A DNA stretch of 64,000 nt, from assembly GCA_965248055.1 (NCBI GenBank), contig CBDFIJ010000004.1, positions 2,784,001 through 2,848,000 on the forward strand, in the 5' to 3' direction. This stretch comes from Candidatus Multivoradales bacterium (GTDB taxonomy: Bacteria > Acidobacteriota > Thermoanaerobaculia > Multivoradales > JAHEKO01). The position numbers and the translations under genes are program-made. Within the stretch, counting starts at the first letter, position 1. Each line of letters begins with the position of its first letter. The notes under the pieces are model-generated. The model did not search any database. It saw only the letters and a program-made list of their open reading frames with translations, and was not told the origin of the DNA. Shown one piece after another: positions 21,639-31,762 of the stretch.

Positions 21639-22641
21639 GGGAGAAAGGGATCTTGACCAAGAACTTCCAGATTCCAGCCCAGGTTCCCAGGCCATACGAA
21701 GTGTGCAATGTCCAATAGGCAAGAGGCAGTAATAGGCGAGCCTTTGGATCGAGAGAGGGGTGAGACACGGTGGCGGCGAGCGTGGTGATCGCGTAAGCGC
21801 CCACTAGGATCGCCAAGGGTATCCACGACCAAGAAGTGACGCCCAAGGTGGCTACCAAAGCAGCGAGCCAAACCGCGGGAATGAAGTGTCGCAGTCGGGC
21901 TTGTTGAAGATGCTTCTGCATCACCTTCACCTTCCAGTATCCGTACTGGAAGTACTGGCTCCAGGCACCCTGTAAGGTCGGTCGGCTGTGGTAAACGGTG
22001 GCCATTTCGGGAAGTAGAAGGATGCGCATACCCGCCTTACGCATTCGCGAATTGTGCTCATCGTCCTGATTGCGCACTAGAGACTCGTCAAACAACCCCA
22101 CCTTATGCAGTGTTTCTCGCGTCCAAGCGGGGAAGGGAACGGTGTCGACGTATGCCCATTGATCAGAGGTCCGAAAGGACGAACCTCCAACTCCGAAACG
22201 GGAGCTCATTGCGGCTGCGATGGCACGTCCAATGACTCCCTTGCCGACGGTGGTGATCGGCCCACCAACGCAGTCAGCATTCCCCGACTGCAGAGCATCG
22301 ACCGCCGCCGCTAGGTGTTGAGGGCCGACTTCGCAGTGGCCGTCGACCCGAGCCAAGATTGAGCCCTTGGCTTCAGCGATCCCTAGGTTGAGAGCTGCCG
22401 CAGCGGTCTGCTTTGGGTTGCTGTGAATGGATAGGGCGATATCCGGATGCCGACTCTGCCATTCCTCGGCAATGGCCACAGTTCGGTCATCGGACAAGCC
22501 ATCCAAAAGAAGAATTTCAAAGTGGGGGGCAGGGTAGATCTGAGTACCCAAGCCGTCGAGCGTCGTTTCGATGAACACCTGTTCGTTGCGGCAGGGAATA
22601 AGCACCGAAACCAGCGGATACTCTATGTTCGGAGCGTTCAT
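21625..22641 (-). CDS. Glycosyltransferase family 2 (ExoA-like)
   Basis: IPCRNE, DGLSDD, RVDGH, FDESLVRNQDDE and QYFQYGYWK. Confidence 0.9.
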   Translation of the reverse strand: MNAPNIEYPLVSVLIPCRNEQVFIETTLDGLGTQIYPAPHFEILLLDGLSDDRTVAIAEEWQSRHPDIALSIHSNPKQTAAAALNLGIAEAKGSILARVDGHCEVGPQHLAAAVDALQSGNADCVGGPITTVGKGVIGRAIAAAMSSRFGVGGSSFRTSDQWAYVDTVPFPAWTRETLHKVGLFDESLVRNQDDEHNSRMRKAGMRILLLPEMATVYHSRPTLQGAWSQYFQYGYWKVKVMQKHLQQARLRHFIPAVWLAALVATLGVTSWSWIPLAILVGAYAITTLAATVSHPSLDPKARLLLPLAYWTLHTSYGLGTWAGIWKFLVKIPFSHAAS

Positions 22642-24098
22642 GATGAGGCCTCGGTCTGGTTTCGATCGAGCCTTGAAATGACCCCGCGAACTTTACCTCC
22701 GGCTCCCGTTAGCAGTGCGTCTACCGCCTCCACCGTGACTTCCATCGGCCCCACCCGGTCGGCGATGTTTTGCCGTAGTTGCGGTTCCACCTCTTCGATC
22801 TTAATTCCGTCGGCCAAGACCACTCGAACCGCAAGTTGTTCGGTGTTGCGTTGAATGACCTGACCGGCGACCACCGGCAGACCATAGTAAATGGCGTGGA
22901 ATCGCGTCACCGAACGCCCGTCTGGGGTGATCACTGCATCTTCAATCCGGCCAGTAATCTCGCGGACAACGCGCAGGGACCGGCCACAAGAACAGCTTTC
23001 ACTGGGATCGTCCAGAACGCCTAGATCCCCTACCTCGTAGCGAATCAAGGGCATTACAGGGTTGAGCAGTCCGGTGACCACCAAGCGCCCAACCTCAGAT
23101 CGATCGGCGGGTCGATCTTGATCCAAACTGAGGTGCTCGAGATGACCAGCATCGTGCCACCAATGCAGGCGTCCGTGGTTACATTCACTAGCCGCTGCCA
23201 CCATTTCTGCCATGCCGTAGGTTTCTTTGACCGGACATCCCAGTCCCTCTTCGATCAGCTTTCGCTGCTCGGCTGTGATGGGTTCCGCGTTGGTGATGGC
23301 GCATGCCAACGGCGGTATGTCACAACCCAGCCGGCGCGTGCGAACGGCCAGGTCCACTAGCGCAGAGGTATATCCATAGAGGTAATGAATCCTGTGGTCT
23401 TGGAGTGCTTTGAGGTAGCTGGCCGTGGTGTCGTCGGTCAGGTGGTAGACCGACATATAGAGTTGGTGGAGTCCGGAATTCCATACCCAAAACGGTGGCT
23501 TGGATCTTTTGGGATCGGTGACTTGCTGCCCACCGAAGATCGCCCAACTCTGATTTCGGTCGAGGCCATACCAATGGCGCCACCGCGCCTCAGCCAGTCC
23601 ATACCAAGCTCGGACAGTGTCGCGGCTGGCGAACATCGTCAGTGGGGTTCCGGAAGACCCACTGGTGGTCCAGGAGAGCAGCTTTGAGCGCGCGATCGAT
23701 GGATCGAGAAACTGGGATGGATTTGCGCGTACTGTCGTTCGTTGTAAGACCGGCCATTGATCCAGGTTCAGAACCCGAGGATTGTTGCTGGTACCGCCGT
23801 GTTGATCCCAGTAATTAGAGTAGTAGGGGATCTTGATTGCGGCATTTTGCAACACGGTTTCCAGAGTCTGCTGTTGCCATTCTTGCCAACGGCTGCGGCC
23901 CCAGGTCTCTCGCTCGATAGCCTGGCTGACCATTTTGGGTGTGTCGGCGCTGTAGCGCCGAGCGGACAGCCGACGACCATGCAGCGATGCGGCTACCACC
24001 TTCAGCGGATAGGGCGCGCGCAGGTATAGTCGTTGGGTGGTCGCAGGCACGGTTGAGATCAGGTTCTCTTGGTATGGCGTGCGATCAACTCGACCCAT
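22638..24098 (-). CDS. Phenylacetate-CoA ligase/CapK-like adenylate-forming enzyme
   Basis: TTSGSSGTP, YGMAE, MPLIRYEVGD, CSCGR and ITGR. The start is uncertain. Confidence 0.88.
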   Translation of the reverse strand: MGRVDRTPYQENLISTVPATTQRLYLRAPYPLKVVAASLHGRRLSARRYSADTPKMVSQAIERETWGRSRWQEWQQQTLETVLQNAAIKIPYYSNYWDQHGGTSNNPRVLNLDQWPVLQRTTVRANPSQFLDPSIARSKLLSWTTSGSSGTPLTMFASRDTVRAWYGLAEARWRHWYGLDRNQSWAIFGGQQVTDPKRSKPPFWVWNSGLHQLYMSVYHLTDDTTASYLKALQDHRIHYLYGYTSALVDLAVRTRRLGCDIPPLACAITNAEPITAEQRKLIEEGLGCPVKETYGMAEMVAAASECNHGRLHWWHDAGHLEHLSLDQDRPADRSEVGRLVVTGLLNPVMPLIRYEVGDLGVLDDPSESCSCGRSLRVVREITGRIEDAVITPDGRSVTRFHAIYYGLPVVAGQVIQRNTEQLAVRVVLADGIKIEEVEPQLRQNIADRVGPMEVTVEAVDALLTGAGGKVRGVISRLDRNQTEASS

Positions 24099-25102
24099 CT
24101 CTGGGCCACTACGTTGCAGTCGGATTGCTCGGCGAGGCTACGGGCTCGATGGACTATTTTGCGGGATAAACCGGGGTCGTCCAAGAGTCGGGCCAGCGCT
24201 TTTGCCGAAGCTTCGGCATCTCGAACCGGAACTAGCAGGGCAGTCTCTTCATCGGAGACCAGATCCGGAACCCCACCGGCGTTGGTGGCGACGATCGGCA
24301 TGCCGCAAGCTGCGGCCTCAAGGACTGTGATCGGCGCGTTGTCCACCGAATTGGTGTGCAGGTAGATATCGTGTTGTTCAAAGACTGCGGTTTTCAGTTC
24401 GCCGGTCAGAAAGCCAGGAAATTCCACGGCATCGGCGATACCCAGAGACCGGGCGAGAGTTATTATCGAATCGAGCATGCCGCGATCCTGTCCGGCCATA
24501 GTCAGGCGAGCATCGGGATGACTCTTGCGCAGAATGGCGAAAGCTTCCAGCGCAACTTGGGGTTCATAGATGGGGTGAAAGGTGCGCATCCAAAGAATCC
24601 GTGGGCGCAACGGAACGCGGTTTCGAAACCGGTATTTGCTCAGGTCGAGTGGATTGGCGATGACTGTCGGCTTGAATCCAGCGCTGGCCAACGAGCTGGC
24701 CAAGAATGAAGTAGGAACTACGTGGGCGATTGCCCGATCCATGACTGCTCGAAAACGCTTTGGGTGATTGGCCAGGGTCGCCGGAAGATCGCCCCCGTGC
24801 AGCCAGTAAATTACTGGGATACCTAAAGATCTTGCCCAGCTACTGGTCAAGTTAGCCAACCGAAATGCTTGGCCGCTGTAAACCAAGATCACCGCGGCAT
24901 CGAGCGAGCGCCGGCCAGACCAAAGAGCTAGGCACATCTCCAATGCACGCCGCAGTCCGCCGATTGCCGAGCACGAGAGTCGCACCTCGACTGGAAGGTG
25001 CTTCAATTTCGCGGCTAGGACTTCGGCTGGGTTGGGTACCCAGCCCGAATGGCGACCCAACATCGGACCCAAGAACAGCACCTGAGATTTCTGGGGCGAC
25101 AT
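24059..25102 (-). CDS. Glycosyltransferase family 4
   Basis: WMRTFHPIY and DNAPITVLEAAACGMPIVATNAGG. Confidence 0.9.
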   Translation of the reverse strand: MSPQKSQVLFLGPMLGRHSGWVPNPAEVLAAKLKHLPVEVRLSCSAIGGLRRALEMCLALWSGRRSLDAAVILVYSGQAFRLANLTSSWARSLGIPVIYWLHGGDLPATLANHPKRFRAVMDRAIAHVVPTSFLASSLASAGFKPTVIANPLDLSKYRFRNRVPLRPRILWMRTFHPIYEPQVALEAFAILRKSHPDARLTMAGQDRGMLDSIITLARSLGIADAVEFPGFLTGELKTAVFEQHDIYLHTNSVDNAPITVLEAAACGMPIVATNAGGVPDLVSDEETALLVPVRDAEASAKALARLLDDPGLSRKIVHRARSLAEQSDCNVVAQRWVELIARHTKRT

Positions 25103-26469
25103 TACTCAGGTGGTGAGGAGGTGGTTGAACTCGACCAGGAAAATGCAGCGATTGCAAAGGCCATCGGAATGAGCGCGATACGGGTCGCGGCATGGCTCAT
25201 CGCCAAGATCGACCAAGCCATCCAACAGGCAGTGAATCCCTTGGCTTGGGCAGAGGGTGCACTGCGATACAGAGATATCATCAGCGAACCGAGTGCCAAC
25301 AACGCGATCACGCCAAACACTCCGTGCTCCGCCAAAAGCCTGGTGTACTCGGTATGGGCCGCCACACCACGCATCACCGGTCGGTGTCGGGGTGATAGTC
25401 CTGGGCCGACCCCGGCGAGGAAATTGTCGGCAAAAACTTCCATATCAGCACGGATGATTCCCACCCTCCCGGTCGATTCCATTGAAGCGTAACGTTGTGC
25501 CAAACTGCTATCGGTCCAGGTGTTGAGTCGCGGCAGGACGACCGCCATCCCAATTCCAACCACGCAAGTAAGAGCCAACAGCGTTCCACGAATCCGGCGA
25601 TCTCGAATTAGGTGAATACCTAGGATCGCCAATGCTAAGAATGCGGTCAGCGGTCCGCCACGGGAAAAGGTGAAGATCGATTGAGCAAACAGCACAAGGG
25701 CGACTCCACCGCTCAACAGCATCAGTGTTCGATTCTGCGAGGTGAAGGTAAGGATGGCTCCCGCGATCGCTCCGGCTCCCAAAATTAGCGAGACCTGGTT
25801 GGGTCCGTATCCGCCGCTCAACAGGTGACTGGAATGGACTGAAAAAGTGATCGTGTCGGCCGATGCGATTCCTTGGACTACGGTTGCCCAAATCGCAACT
25901 GCAGGAAGCAAGATGGCGAGCATCAGCGACCTGGGTTCAATCTCCCGTCGCTGGATGCCATTTGCTGCAATCACCCCCAGGCCCAGTGCAACTGGGCCGG
26001 AGAGACTGAACGACAAAGTTTCGCGTGCCAATTGCGTCACTCCGAGAGCGGATACCGTGAGTGGAATCGACACCGCGAGTGCGAGCAGATAGAGCATCGC
26101 CATCCCGGACGTAGCCCAGCTCTTGCGCTGGTGGGTACGGAGGATGATCAGTAGGGATATAAGAATGAGTACGTACTTGGAGTATTCCCATAAGGGGCTT
26201 GAGCCGGTCATTCGCCAAAGCACATCACTCGCAGATGCATAGGCCGCCACCGATAGTAGACGGCCGTTGTGACGGGACTGCAACGCCCACGGAATCGCTA
26301 GCACCAGGGTGCTCAGCGCATGAATTCTCCCCAAGATCGCGAACGAGCTGATCAACAGGCCCAGCACCACATGCAGGGATGCCCAAGTGATCAGATGAAC
26401 GGCGGGTGATTGGATGCCTAGTCCGATTTTGGCGGGGCGTGGAACGGATGGAGCTACAGGTTGCGTCAT
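25102..26469 (-). CDS. O-antigen ligase/polymerase (Wzy-like) membrane protein
   Basis: Multiple TMs with GPNQVS, TFSRGG, STGR, GVGPG and AAHTEYTRLLAEHG. The start at ATG 26469 overlaps the upstream stop. Confidence 0.82.
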   Translation of the reverse strand: MTQPVAPSVPRPAKIGLGIQSPAVHLITWASLHVVLGLLISSFAILGRIHALSTLVLAIPWALQSRHNGRLLSVAAYASASDVLWRMTGSSPLWEYSKYVLILISLLIILRTHQRKSWATSGMAMLYLLALAVSIPLTVSALGVTQLARETLSFSLSGPVALGLGVIAANGIQRREIEPRSLMLAILLPAVAIWATVVQGIASADTITFSVHSSHLLSGGYGPNQVSLILGAGAIAGAILTFTSQNRTLMLLSGGVALVLFAQSIFTFSRGGPLTAFLALAILGIHLIRDRRIRGTLLALTCVVGIGMAVVLPRLNTWTDSSLAQRYASMESTGRVGIIRADMEVFADNFLAGVGPGLSPRHRPVMRGVAAHTEYTRLLAEHGVFGVIALLALGSLMISLYRSAPSAQAKGFTACWMAWSILAMSHAATRIALIPMAFAIAAFSWSSSTTSSPPE

Positions 26470-27632
26470 TGAGTGGAGCCCAGCCAGTGTACGGAAAAGG
26501 CCCGGGCGACCGCAGCTAGGTAGTGATCGTAGCTGAACTTGGGGGAGAGGCCCAGAGACGCATCCCTCGCTGCTGTCCAAGTTTCTGGGCGGTCCAAAAA
26601 TCCACGGATGCAATCTGCGATCAACTCTGCTGTCGGATCTTCAATCGCGACGCCCGCCCCAGATTCGCTCAGAACCGCTGGGATCGACGACACCGCGGAG
26701 CTGATTGGAACTACTCCGTGGGCCATCGCCTCGCTTAGAACCTTGGGCCAACCCTCGGACTCGGAGGGAAGTATCAGAAAGTGGCCCGAGTCGAGATGTT
26801 GGGCCAAAGAGCTTCGAGGAATCCAGCCCAGAAAGCGAACCCAAGGACGTAATGCAGACTCCAAGGTTGTTGTCGCGTGCTGTCGAAGCGAGCCGTCTCC
26901 GATAACGTCTAGGCTGGCCTCGACACCGCCTGACACCAGAATTCGCAGGGAGTCGATTACCAGATGAAGTCCTTTCCCTGGTTCCAGACGAGAAACAAAG
27001 AGCAAGCGGACCGGAGGTTCGAGAGATTTCCCCTGTGCGGTCTTGTCGCCCGAATGGATTTCGTCGGCGGTCAAGGTCGGATTCTCAAAGGCGAGAATAT
27101 GCGGTGGTTGGTCGGGCCATTGGCCATTCACGGTGACCAAGGTGCCGGGCGGTTGGCGCTGTAACAACCACCTTTGCAGACGGTAGGCGAGGGGCTGATT
27201 CCTTGCTGCTCCCCAGTTGCCAGCGTACTTGAACCAGCGAAACTTCGGGTTCTTCCTAAACTTGAGCTGCAAGATCGCCAGCAAAGCGATATTGGCGGGA
27301 CAGCGCACATGAACCGCGTCACAGCGACGAAGTTCACGGGAAATAGCTCTCCCATAGTGGAACCAGTGAACCAGAATGCCGAGTTTGGCGGCCATCCCCG
27401 AGCCGCCCGATGGGGCGACTGGGACCAGAGAAATTGAATCGTTGGTGTACGGCGTGGCAGCGGCGTGCGCCGCCTCACTGTAGAGCGGTGCGATATGGGT
27501 CAACGAGGAAAACAAGGTGGCCAAGTGATCCAATTCACGTACCGTTGGCCCCCAACCAACAACTCCTTCAGGCGACTGATAGTGCGGCGTGTGAGACACC
27601 ACCAACAGGCGCATCTGTTGGGTTTTCGTCAC
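26466..27632 (-). CDS. Glycosyltransferase family 4
   Basis: FVSRLEPGKG and SEGWPKVLSEAMAHG. A GTG start overlaps the upstream TGA. Confidence 0.88.
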   Translation of the reverse strand: MTKTQQMRLLVVSHTPHYQSPEGVVGWGPTVRELDHLATLFSSLTHIAPLYSEAAHAAATPYTNDSISLVPVAPSGGSGMAAKLGILVHWFHYGRAISRELRRCDAVHVRCPANIALLAILQLKFRKNPKFRWFKYAGNWGAARNQPLAYRLQRWLLQRQPPGTLVTVNGQWPDQPPHILAFENPTLTADEIHSGDKTAQGKSLEPPVRLLFVSRLEPGKGLHLVIDSLRILVSGGVEASLDVIGDGSLRQHATTTLESALRPWVRFLGWIPRSSLAQHLDSGHFLILPSESEGWPKVLSEAMAHGVVPISSAVSSIPAVLSESGAGVAIEDPTAELIADCIRGFLDRPETWTAARDASLGLSPKFSYDHYLAAVARAFSVHWLGSTQ

Positions 27633-28774
27633 GCTGCGATCAAGTCCGTCAACCATCGGTTGTAGAGTGCAATCTGGTGTTTCCAAGTCGTCGACTCCGC
27701 ACGTTGGCGAGCTGCCTCGCCCATGGCCCGCAACTGATCCGGGTCGTCCAGCAGTTGAGTAACCGCTGCCGCGATCGCACCGTGGTCGTTTTCCTCGACC
27801 ACCAGTCCGGTGTCCGAATCGGCTACCGCCTCCGGGAGTCCGCCGGAATTGCTAACCACTGCCGGTAGGCCGCAAAGAGCGGCTTCCAAAACGACGATTC
27901 CAAAGCCCTCGAAGTCCCCGTGGAAATTCCTTGAAGTGAGAACAAATAAATCGGCACAGCGGTACAGATCTGCCAGATCCTGGTCGGCAACCTTGCCCAA
28001 AGGGCGAACCTGGGGTGCGACGTTGAGAGCGGTTGACAGGTCCACCAGTTCATCCGCATTGGAGAGTAGGCCTGCGACGGCGTAAGTAACTTCAGGATGA
28101 TGTTCAAGTATTTGCGGCAAGGCGCGAACCACCAAGTCTTGGCCTTTGCGTGGCGTGACATTGCCCACCGTAAGCAGCAGCGGTCCGTCGGGGAGGTTGA
28201 AACGTTTGCGAGTCTGATTGCGGTTGTCTTTCTCGACGGGGCCGAATTTGGAGCCATCGGCTCCGTTGTGAATCACAGTGGTGGATGGGGACGCCATGCC
28301 CTCTGTACTCATAACTCGATGCGTGTGCTGGCTGACGCAGATGGTCCCAGTGACCCCGGTGAACGCCTGCCGCGTAAGGAGTCGGGTAAACGACTCGCCT
28401 TGGGAGAACTCGGTGCCATGTCCGATGGCAACCACTGGGCACAATCTGGGGGACAGATTGGACGCCAACAATACGGCACTCCTGCCGGTGGCGACGATCA
28501 GATCCGGTTGGAAGTCTTGCTTCATTTGGCGGAGCCGTCTGGAGTCTCCGACGACGCGGTGGATCGGAGAACTGCGTGATTCCAAGCGTTCTACCGGAAA
28601 GGGCAGGTCTCGCACCCACGCTTCAATCTCTTGCTCCGTGGCGTAGTCCTGCCTCGACAATACTCGAACTTCCCAGCCCAACTTGGCTAACCCTGAGGCC
28701 AGTTGATAAGCGTGCTGGCCAATCCCGCCCGGTCCAGGGGGAAACTCAGAAGACACCACTAAGATCTTCGGCAC
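27629..28774 (-). CDS. Glycosyltransferase family 4
   Basis: EFPPGPGGI, VGNVTPRKGQD and EGFGIVVLEAALCG. Confidence 0.92.
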   Translation of the reverse strand: MPKILVVSSEFPPGPGGIGQHAYQLASGLAKLGWEVRVLSRQDYATEQEIEAWVRDLPFPVERLESRSSPIHRVVGDSRRLRQMKQDFQPDLIVATGRSAVLLASNLSPRLCPVVAIGHGTEFSQGESFTRLLTRQAFTGVTGTICVSQHTHRVMSTEGMASPSTTVIHNGADGSKFGPVEKDNRNQTRKRFNLPDGPLLLTVGNVTPRKGQDLVVRALPQILEHHPEVTYAVAGLLSNADELVDLSTALNVAPQVRPLGKVADQDLADLYRCADLFVLTSRNFHGDFEGFGIVVLEAALCGLPAVVSNSGGLPEAVADSDTGLVVEENDHGAIAAAVTQLLDDPDQLRAMGEAARQRAESTTWKHQIALYNRWLTDLIAA

Positions 28775-28795
28775 GTCTCGTTCTCCCCAGAGTAC

Positions 28796-30394
28796 CTAAT
28801 TGAAGCGTGCGATTTGTGGATAGTGCTGCAGCATTGTTTTAGCTTGGCGATTTCGCACAGCCATCCGTAGGAATGTCACTGGCAGCGCCAATCCCGCGAG
28901 TATCACCCGTACGGCTTTCCGACTCAGCGAGCCGCGAATGCTCATTGTGCCGAGAACGGCGATCCACTTCAACCAGCGGCGTTTTCGCCGGCTGAGATAG
29001 CGGTGGCTCAAATAGAGTTCTGTAATCGAGGGCAGATGGAATTCAAACAAATGCTCGCGGCTTCCTTTGTAGGTTTTTTTTCGCGCTCCCCAAGTGCGCA
29101 GACCACCTTGCGGGGCGCGATCGTGAACCAGCGAGAGCTCCGGGTTCAAGACCATGAGAGCGCCGGACAAATAGGCACGAAACCCTAGGTCATGGTCGGC
29201 TCTGGCCCCTTGTTCATAAGCGAGATCGAAAAGGCCAGATTCGATCAACGTTTTCCGCGTCGCCAAGGTGTTGTTGGTGGGGAATACGTCGCTCACCCGG
29301 GTGCGGTCAAAATCAGCCCCAGGTTTCCTCTCTCCAGGTTCCAAAGCCACGCCACTGGAGACCCCGGCCTGGAATCGGCTGAGTGTTTTGAGGTGCCCTG
29401 CCAGAAGTTCGCGCGGGACTGCGTCGTCGTCATCGTCGATGAACAAGAAAGCCTCGGCGTTGGACTCGCGAAGTGCCAAATTTCTGGAAGAGCATTGCCC
29501 TCTTTTCGAGGGATTGTGGACGATCAAGGGCAAATCACCCGCTGAGCTCAGCCACTGCTGGTCGCGGTCCTCCTCCGGAGTTTGGTCGACTACGTGGACT
29601 TCTGTTGGCCGAATTGTTTGGGCGTCAAGTTGTGGCAGCAAACGTTCTAATTGGCGTGGTCGATTGAGTGTCGGGATGATGACTGCCACTTCGGGACGAT
29701 AGTCGGGCGTTACTTGATGGGTGTGAGGCTGGTAGGTGACCGAGGAGCGGGGCACAGACTTGAGTCGACCCCACAAGCGTAGCGCCTTGCTCGGCGAGAT
29801 TTGTCCGATCGCAGCTGCCAAAGCCCAGCCCAGCCATTTCACTCCCTGATCTTTGCTGACAATACGAAATGCGTCCTCCAAGGGGAGCTCGAATCGTTCG
29901 TGGGCAGAGTGGCCCCCGACCAAATGCGGAATGTGGCGGCAAAGTGCGCCGGCGCGAATCGCCCGTAGGCCGAAATCGAGCATCGCACCTTCGGCTGACA
30001 GGAATTCACTGTCGAAGCCATCCAGCGCCCGAATCAACGCGGTGCGAATTAAGGAACAGTGTGGATGGGCGCGCCAACTGGTGCATTCGATGTCAGAGGG
30101 AGGGTCAACTCCGAGCATCCAAGCCGGTCGGGTTGTGTCGAGGGTGTAGGGCGCCCCAGACGTTCCGAGACTCAACCCTGCGTGCCACAAGTCGCCAGAC
30201 TTCTTCAGTAATTGAACACACAGTTGTTCACTGGGTGGTCCTAGCTGTGAATTCCAGAGCAGCACAGCTTCTGGGTTGCCAGATAGCGTGGTGAGTAGGC
30301 TGCAGAGATCTGGTATTGAGATCGTGGGTCCGAGAGACCATGGTTGCGGTGGACCTTGCAGCGAAGCCAAAACGATTCCTGGTTTCTGGCTCAT
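28796..30394 (-). CDS. Glycosyltransferase family 2 with a degenerate N-terminal GT2-like domain
   Basis: IIPTLNRP, VVDQ, SRNLAL, FIDDDD, GLFD and D.DLG.R. Confidence 0.85.
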   Translation of the reverse strand: MSQKPGIVLASLQGPPQPWSLGPTISIPDLCSLLTTLSGNPEAVLLWNSQLGPPSEQLCVQLLKKSGDLWHAGLSLGTSGAPYTLDTTRPAWMLGVDPPSDIECTSWRAHPHCSLIRTALIRALDGFDSEFLSAEGAMLDFGLRAIRAGALCRHIPHLVGGHSAHERFELPLEDAFRIVSKDQGVKWLGWALAAAIGQISPSKALRLWGRLKSVPRSSVTYQPHTHQVTPDYRPEVAVIIPTLNRPRQLERLLPQLDAQTIRPTEVHVVDQTPEEDRDQQWLSSAGDLPLIVHNPSKRGQCSSRNLALRESNAEAFLFIDDDDDAVPRELLAGHLKTLSRFQAGVSSGVALEPGERKPGADFDRTRVSDVFPTNNTLATRKTLIESGLFDLAYEQGARADHDLGFRAYLSGALMVLNPELSLVHDRAPQGGLRTWGARKKTYKGSREHLFEFHLPSITELYLSHRYLSRRKRRWLKWIAVLGTMSIRGSLSRKAVRVILAGLALPVTFLRMAVRNRQAKTMLQHYPQIARFN

Positions 30395-31605
30395 GAGGCA
30401 AGGACTCGCTGGTAGAGAGCTGCGAACTGTTCCGCCTGCTTTTCGATCGTGAACTCTCTGAGTGCGCGTTCGCGACCGGTTCGTCCCATCTTGTGGCGCC
30501 GTTCAGGGTCCCCGATGAGGGTGTCTAGAGCATTGGCCAGCGCACTGGGTTCACGGCGTGCAACGACCAGTCCAGTCACACCATGAACCACGTTTTCTGC
30601 TAGACCTTCAGCGTCACTGGTGACTACCGGTAGGCCGGACGCCTGGGCTTCCAAGACCGCATTGGAAAACCCCTCGGAAACTGCCGAGTGAAGAAAGATA
30701 TCCGCCTGATTCAGTTCCTCTAGTACGCCTGGGGCGGGCATCGATCCAAGCAACTGCACGTGGTCCTGGATCTGCAGCTGGTGCACCGCGAATCGGACTG
30801 CGGCTTCAAAGGGTCCTTCGCCCACAATCCGATATTGCAAATTCACTCCTCGGTTAATCAACAAAGCGATTGCCTGGAGAGCGTGCTCGTATCCTTTTTT
30901 CCAATGTAGACGTCCGACCGACAGGACGCGAATGGGTGTACACTGTGGTCGCCGCCGCTGTGCAGAGTTTTGAAATGGGGCTGAATAGATCGCGGGCGCA
31001 ATCAGCTTGAAAAATCGGTCCTCTGTCCAGCCTCTGTCCAAGGCGCGACCTTTCAAATCTTCGCCCAGAAAATGAAACGCGTCGATCTCTCGCCAAATTA
31101 GTTTGTAAGTGTTGGGGTTGTCCAGTCCATGGAAAGCGATGTCATAGCCGCGGAAGCTGCAGACAGTCTTGACGTTGAGTAAGTGGCCCAGATGCGGCCT
31201 CTCCAAGGCGAGTGTTCCGAACTCAAAATGGACGATGTCGGGGCGAGCGGCAATCAGGGGGGCATCGACGTAGAACCGCTGTAGGCACCGCACAGTTCCC
31301 AGAAGCTTCAACCCGCGAACCAGGTAGCGGGCCGTGCGGATGGGTGCTATCAGCACACACCTCAACAACACCAAAGGTAGGAGAAGTAACACCAATCCGC
31401 GAGGCGCGAGCGGCCATGGTGTAGAGACACGATCTCGTAGTTCTTGGGATCCGGGCACGTCGGGCATCCGGTTCCATAGGTCACGGTTTGTTGCTTGCGT
31501 GACTATTGCCACGTCGATACCGTTGGCGACCAGTGCAGCGGCTTTGTGCCAGAGGAATACCTCGGAGAGGACCGGAAACTGCGCCATGACCAGTGCTATC
31601 TTCAT
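30391..31605 (-). CDS. Glycosyltransferase family 4 (WcaL-like)
   Basis: FPVLSE, SFRGYD, VGRLHWKKG and EGFSNAVLEAQASG. Confidence 0.92.
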   Translation of the reverse strand: MKIALVMAQFPVLSEVFLWHKAAALVANGIDVAIVTQATNRDLWNRMPDVPGSQELRDRVSTPWPLAPRGLVLLLLPLVLLRCVLIAPIRTARYLVRGLKLLGTVRCLQRFYVDAPLIAARPDIVHFEFGTLALERPHLGHLLNVKTVCSFRGYDIAFHGLDNPNTYKLIWREIDAFHFLGEDLKGRALDRGWTEDRFFKLIAPAIYSAPFQNSAQRRRPQCTPIRVLSVGRLHWKKGYEHALQAIALLINRGVNLQYRIVGEGPFEAAVRFAVHQLQIQDHVQLLGSMPAPGVLEELNQADIFLHSAVSEGFSNAVLEAQASGLPVVTSDAEGLAENVVHGVTGLVVARREPSALANALDTLIGDPERRHKMGRTGRERALREFTIEKQAEQFAALYQRVLAS

Positions 31606-31762
31606 GGTCGGTCGTCAGAGTGTAAGGACTTCAGGTGATTGCGACTCGGCGCGCGGTTGGGGTGGGAGTCTTCGGGGTCTTTAGAACTTGGAATGGGAAT
31701 TTCTCCGAGTGGATGGTTGCTAGGTATAGCTACCAAGATCGGTCGGGTAAACCGATATGCCC

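Noticed and set aside
31606-31762. 157-bp gap within the GT operon and the overlapping ORF 31639-32049
   Set aside because: The gap has no recognisable structure, ops/JUMPstart element or coding signal, and the ORF is antisense to a GT4 gene.
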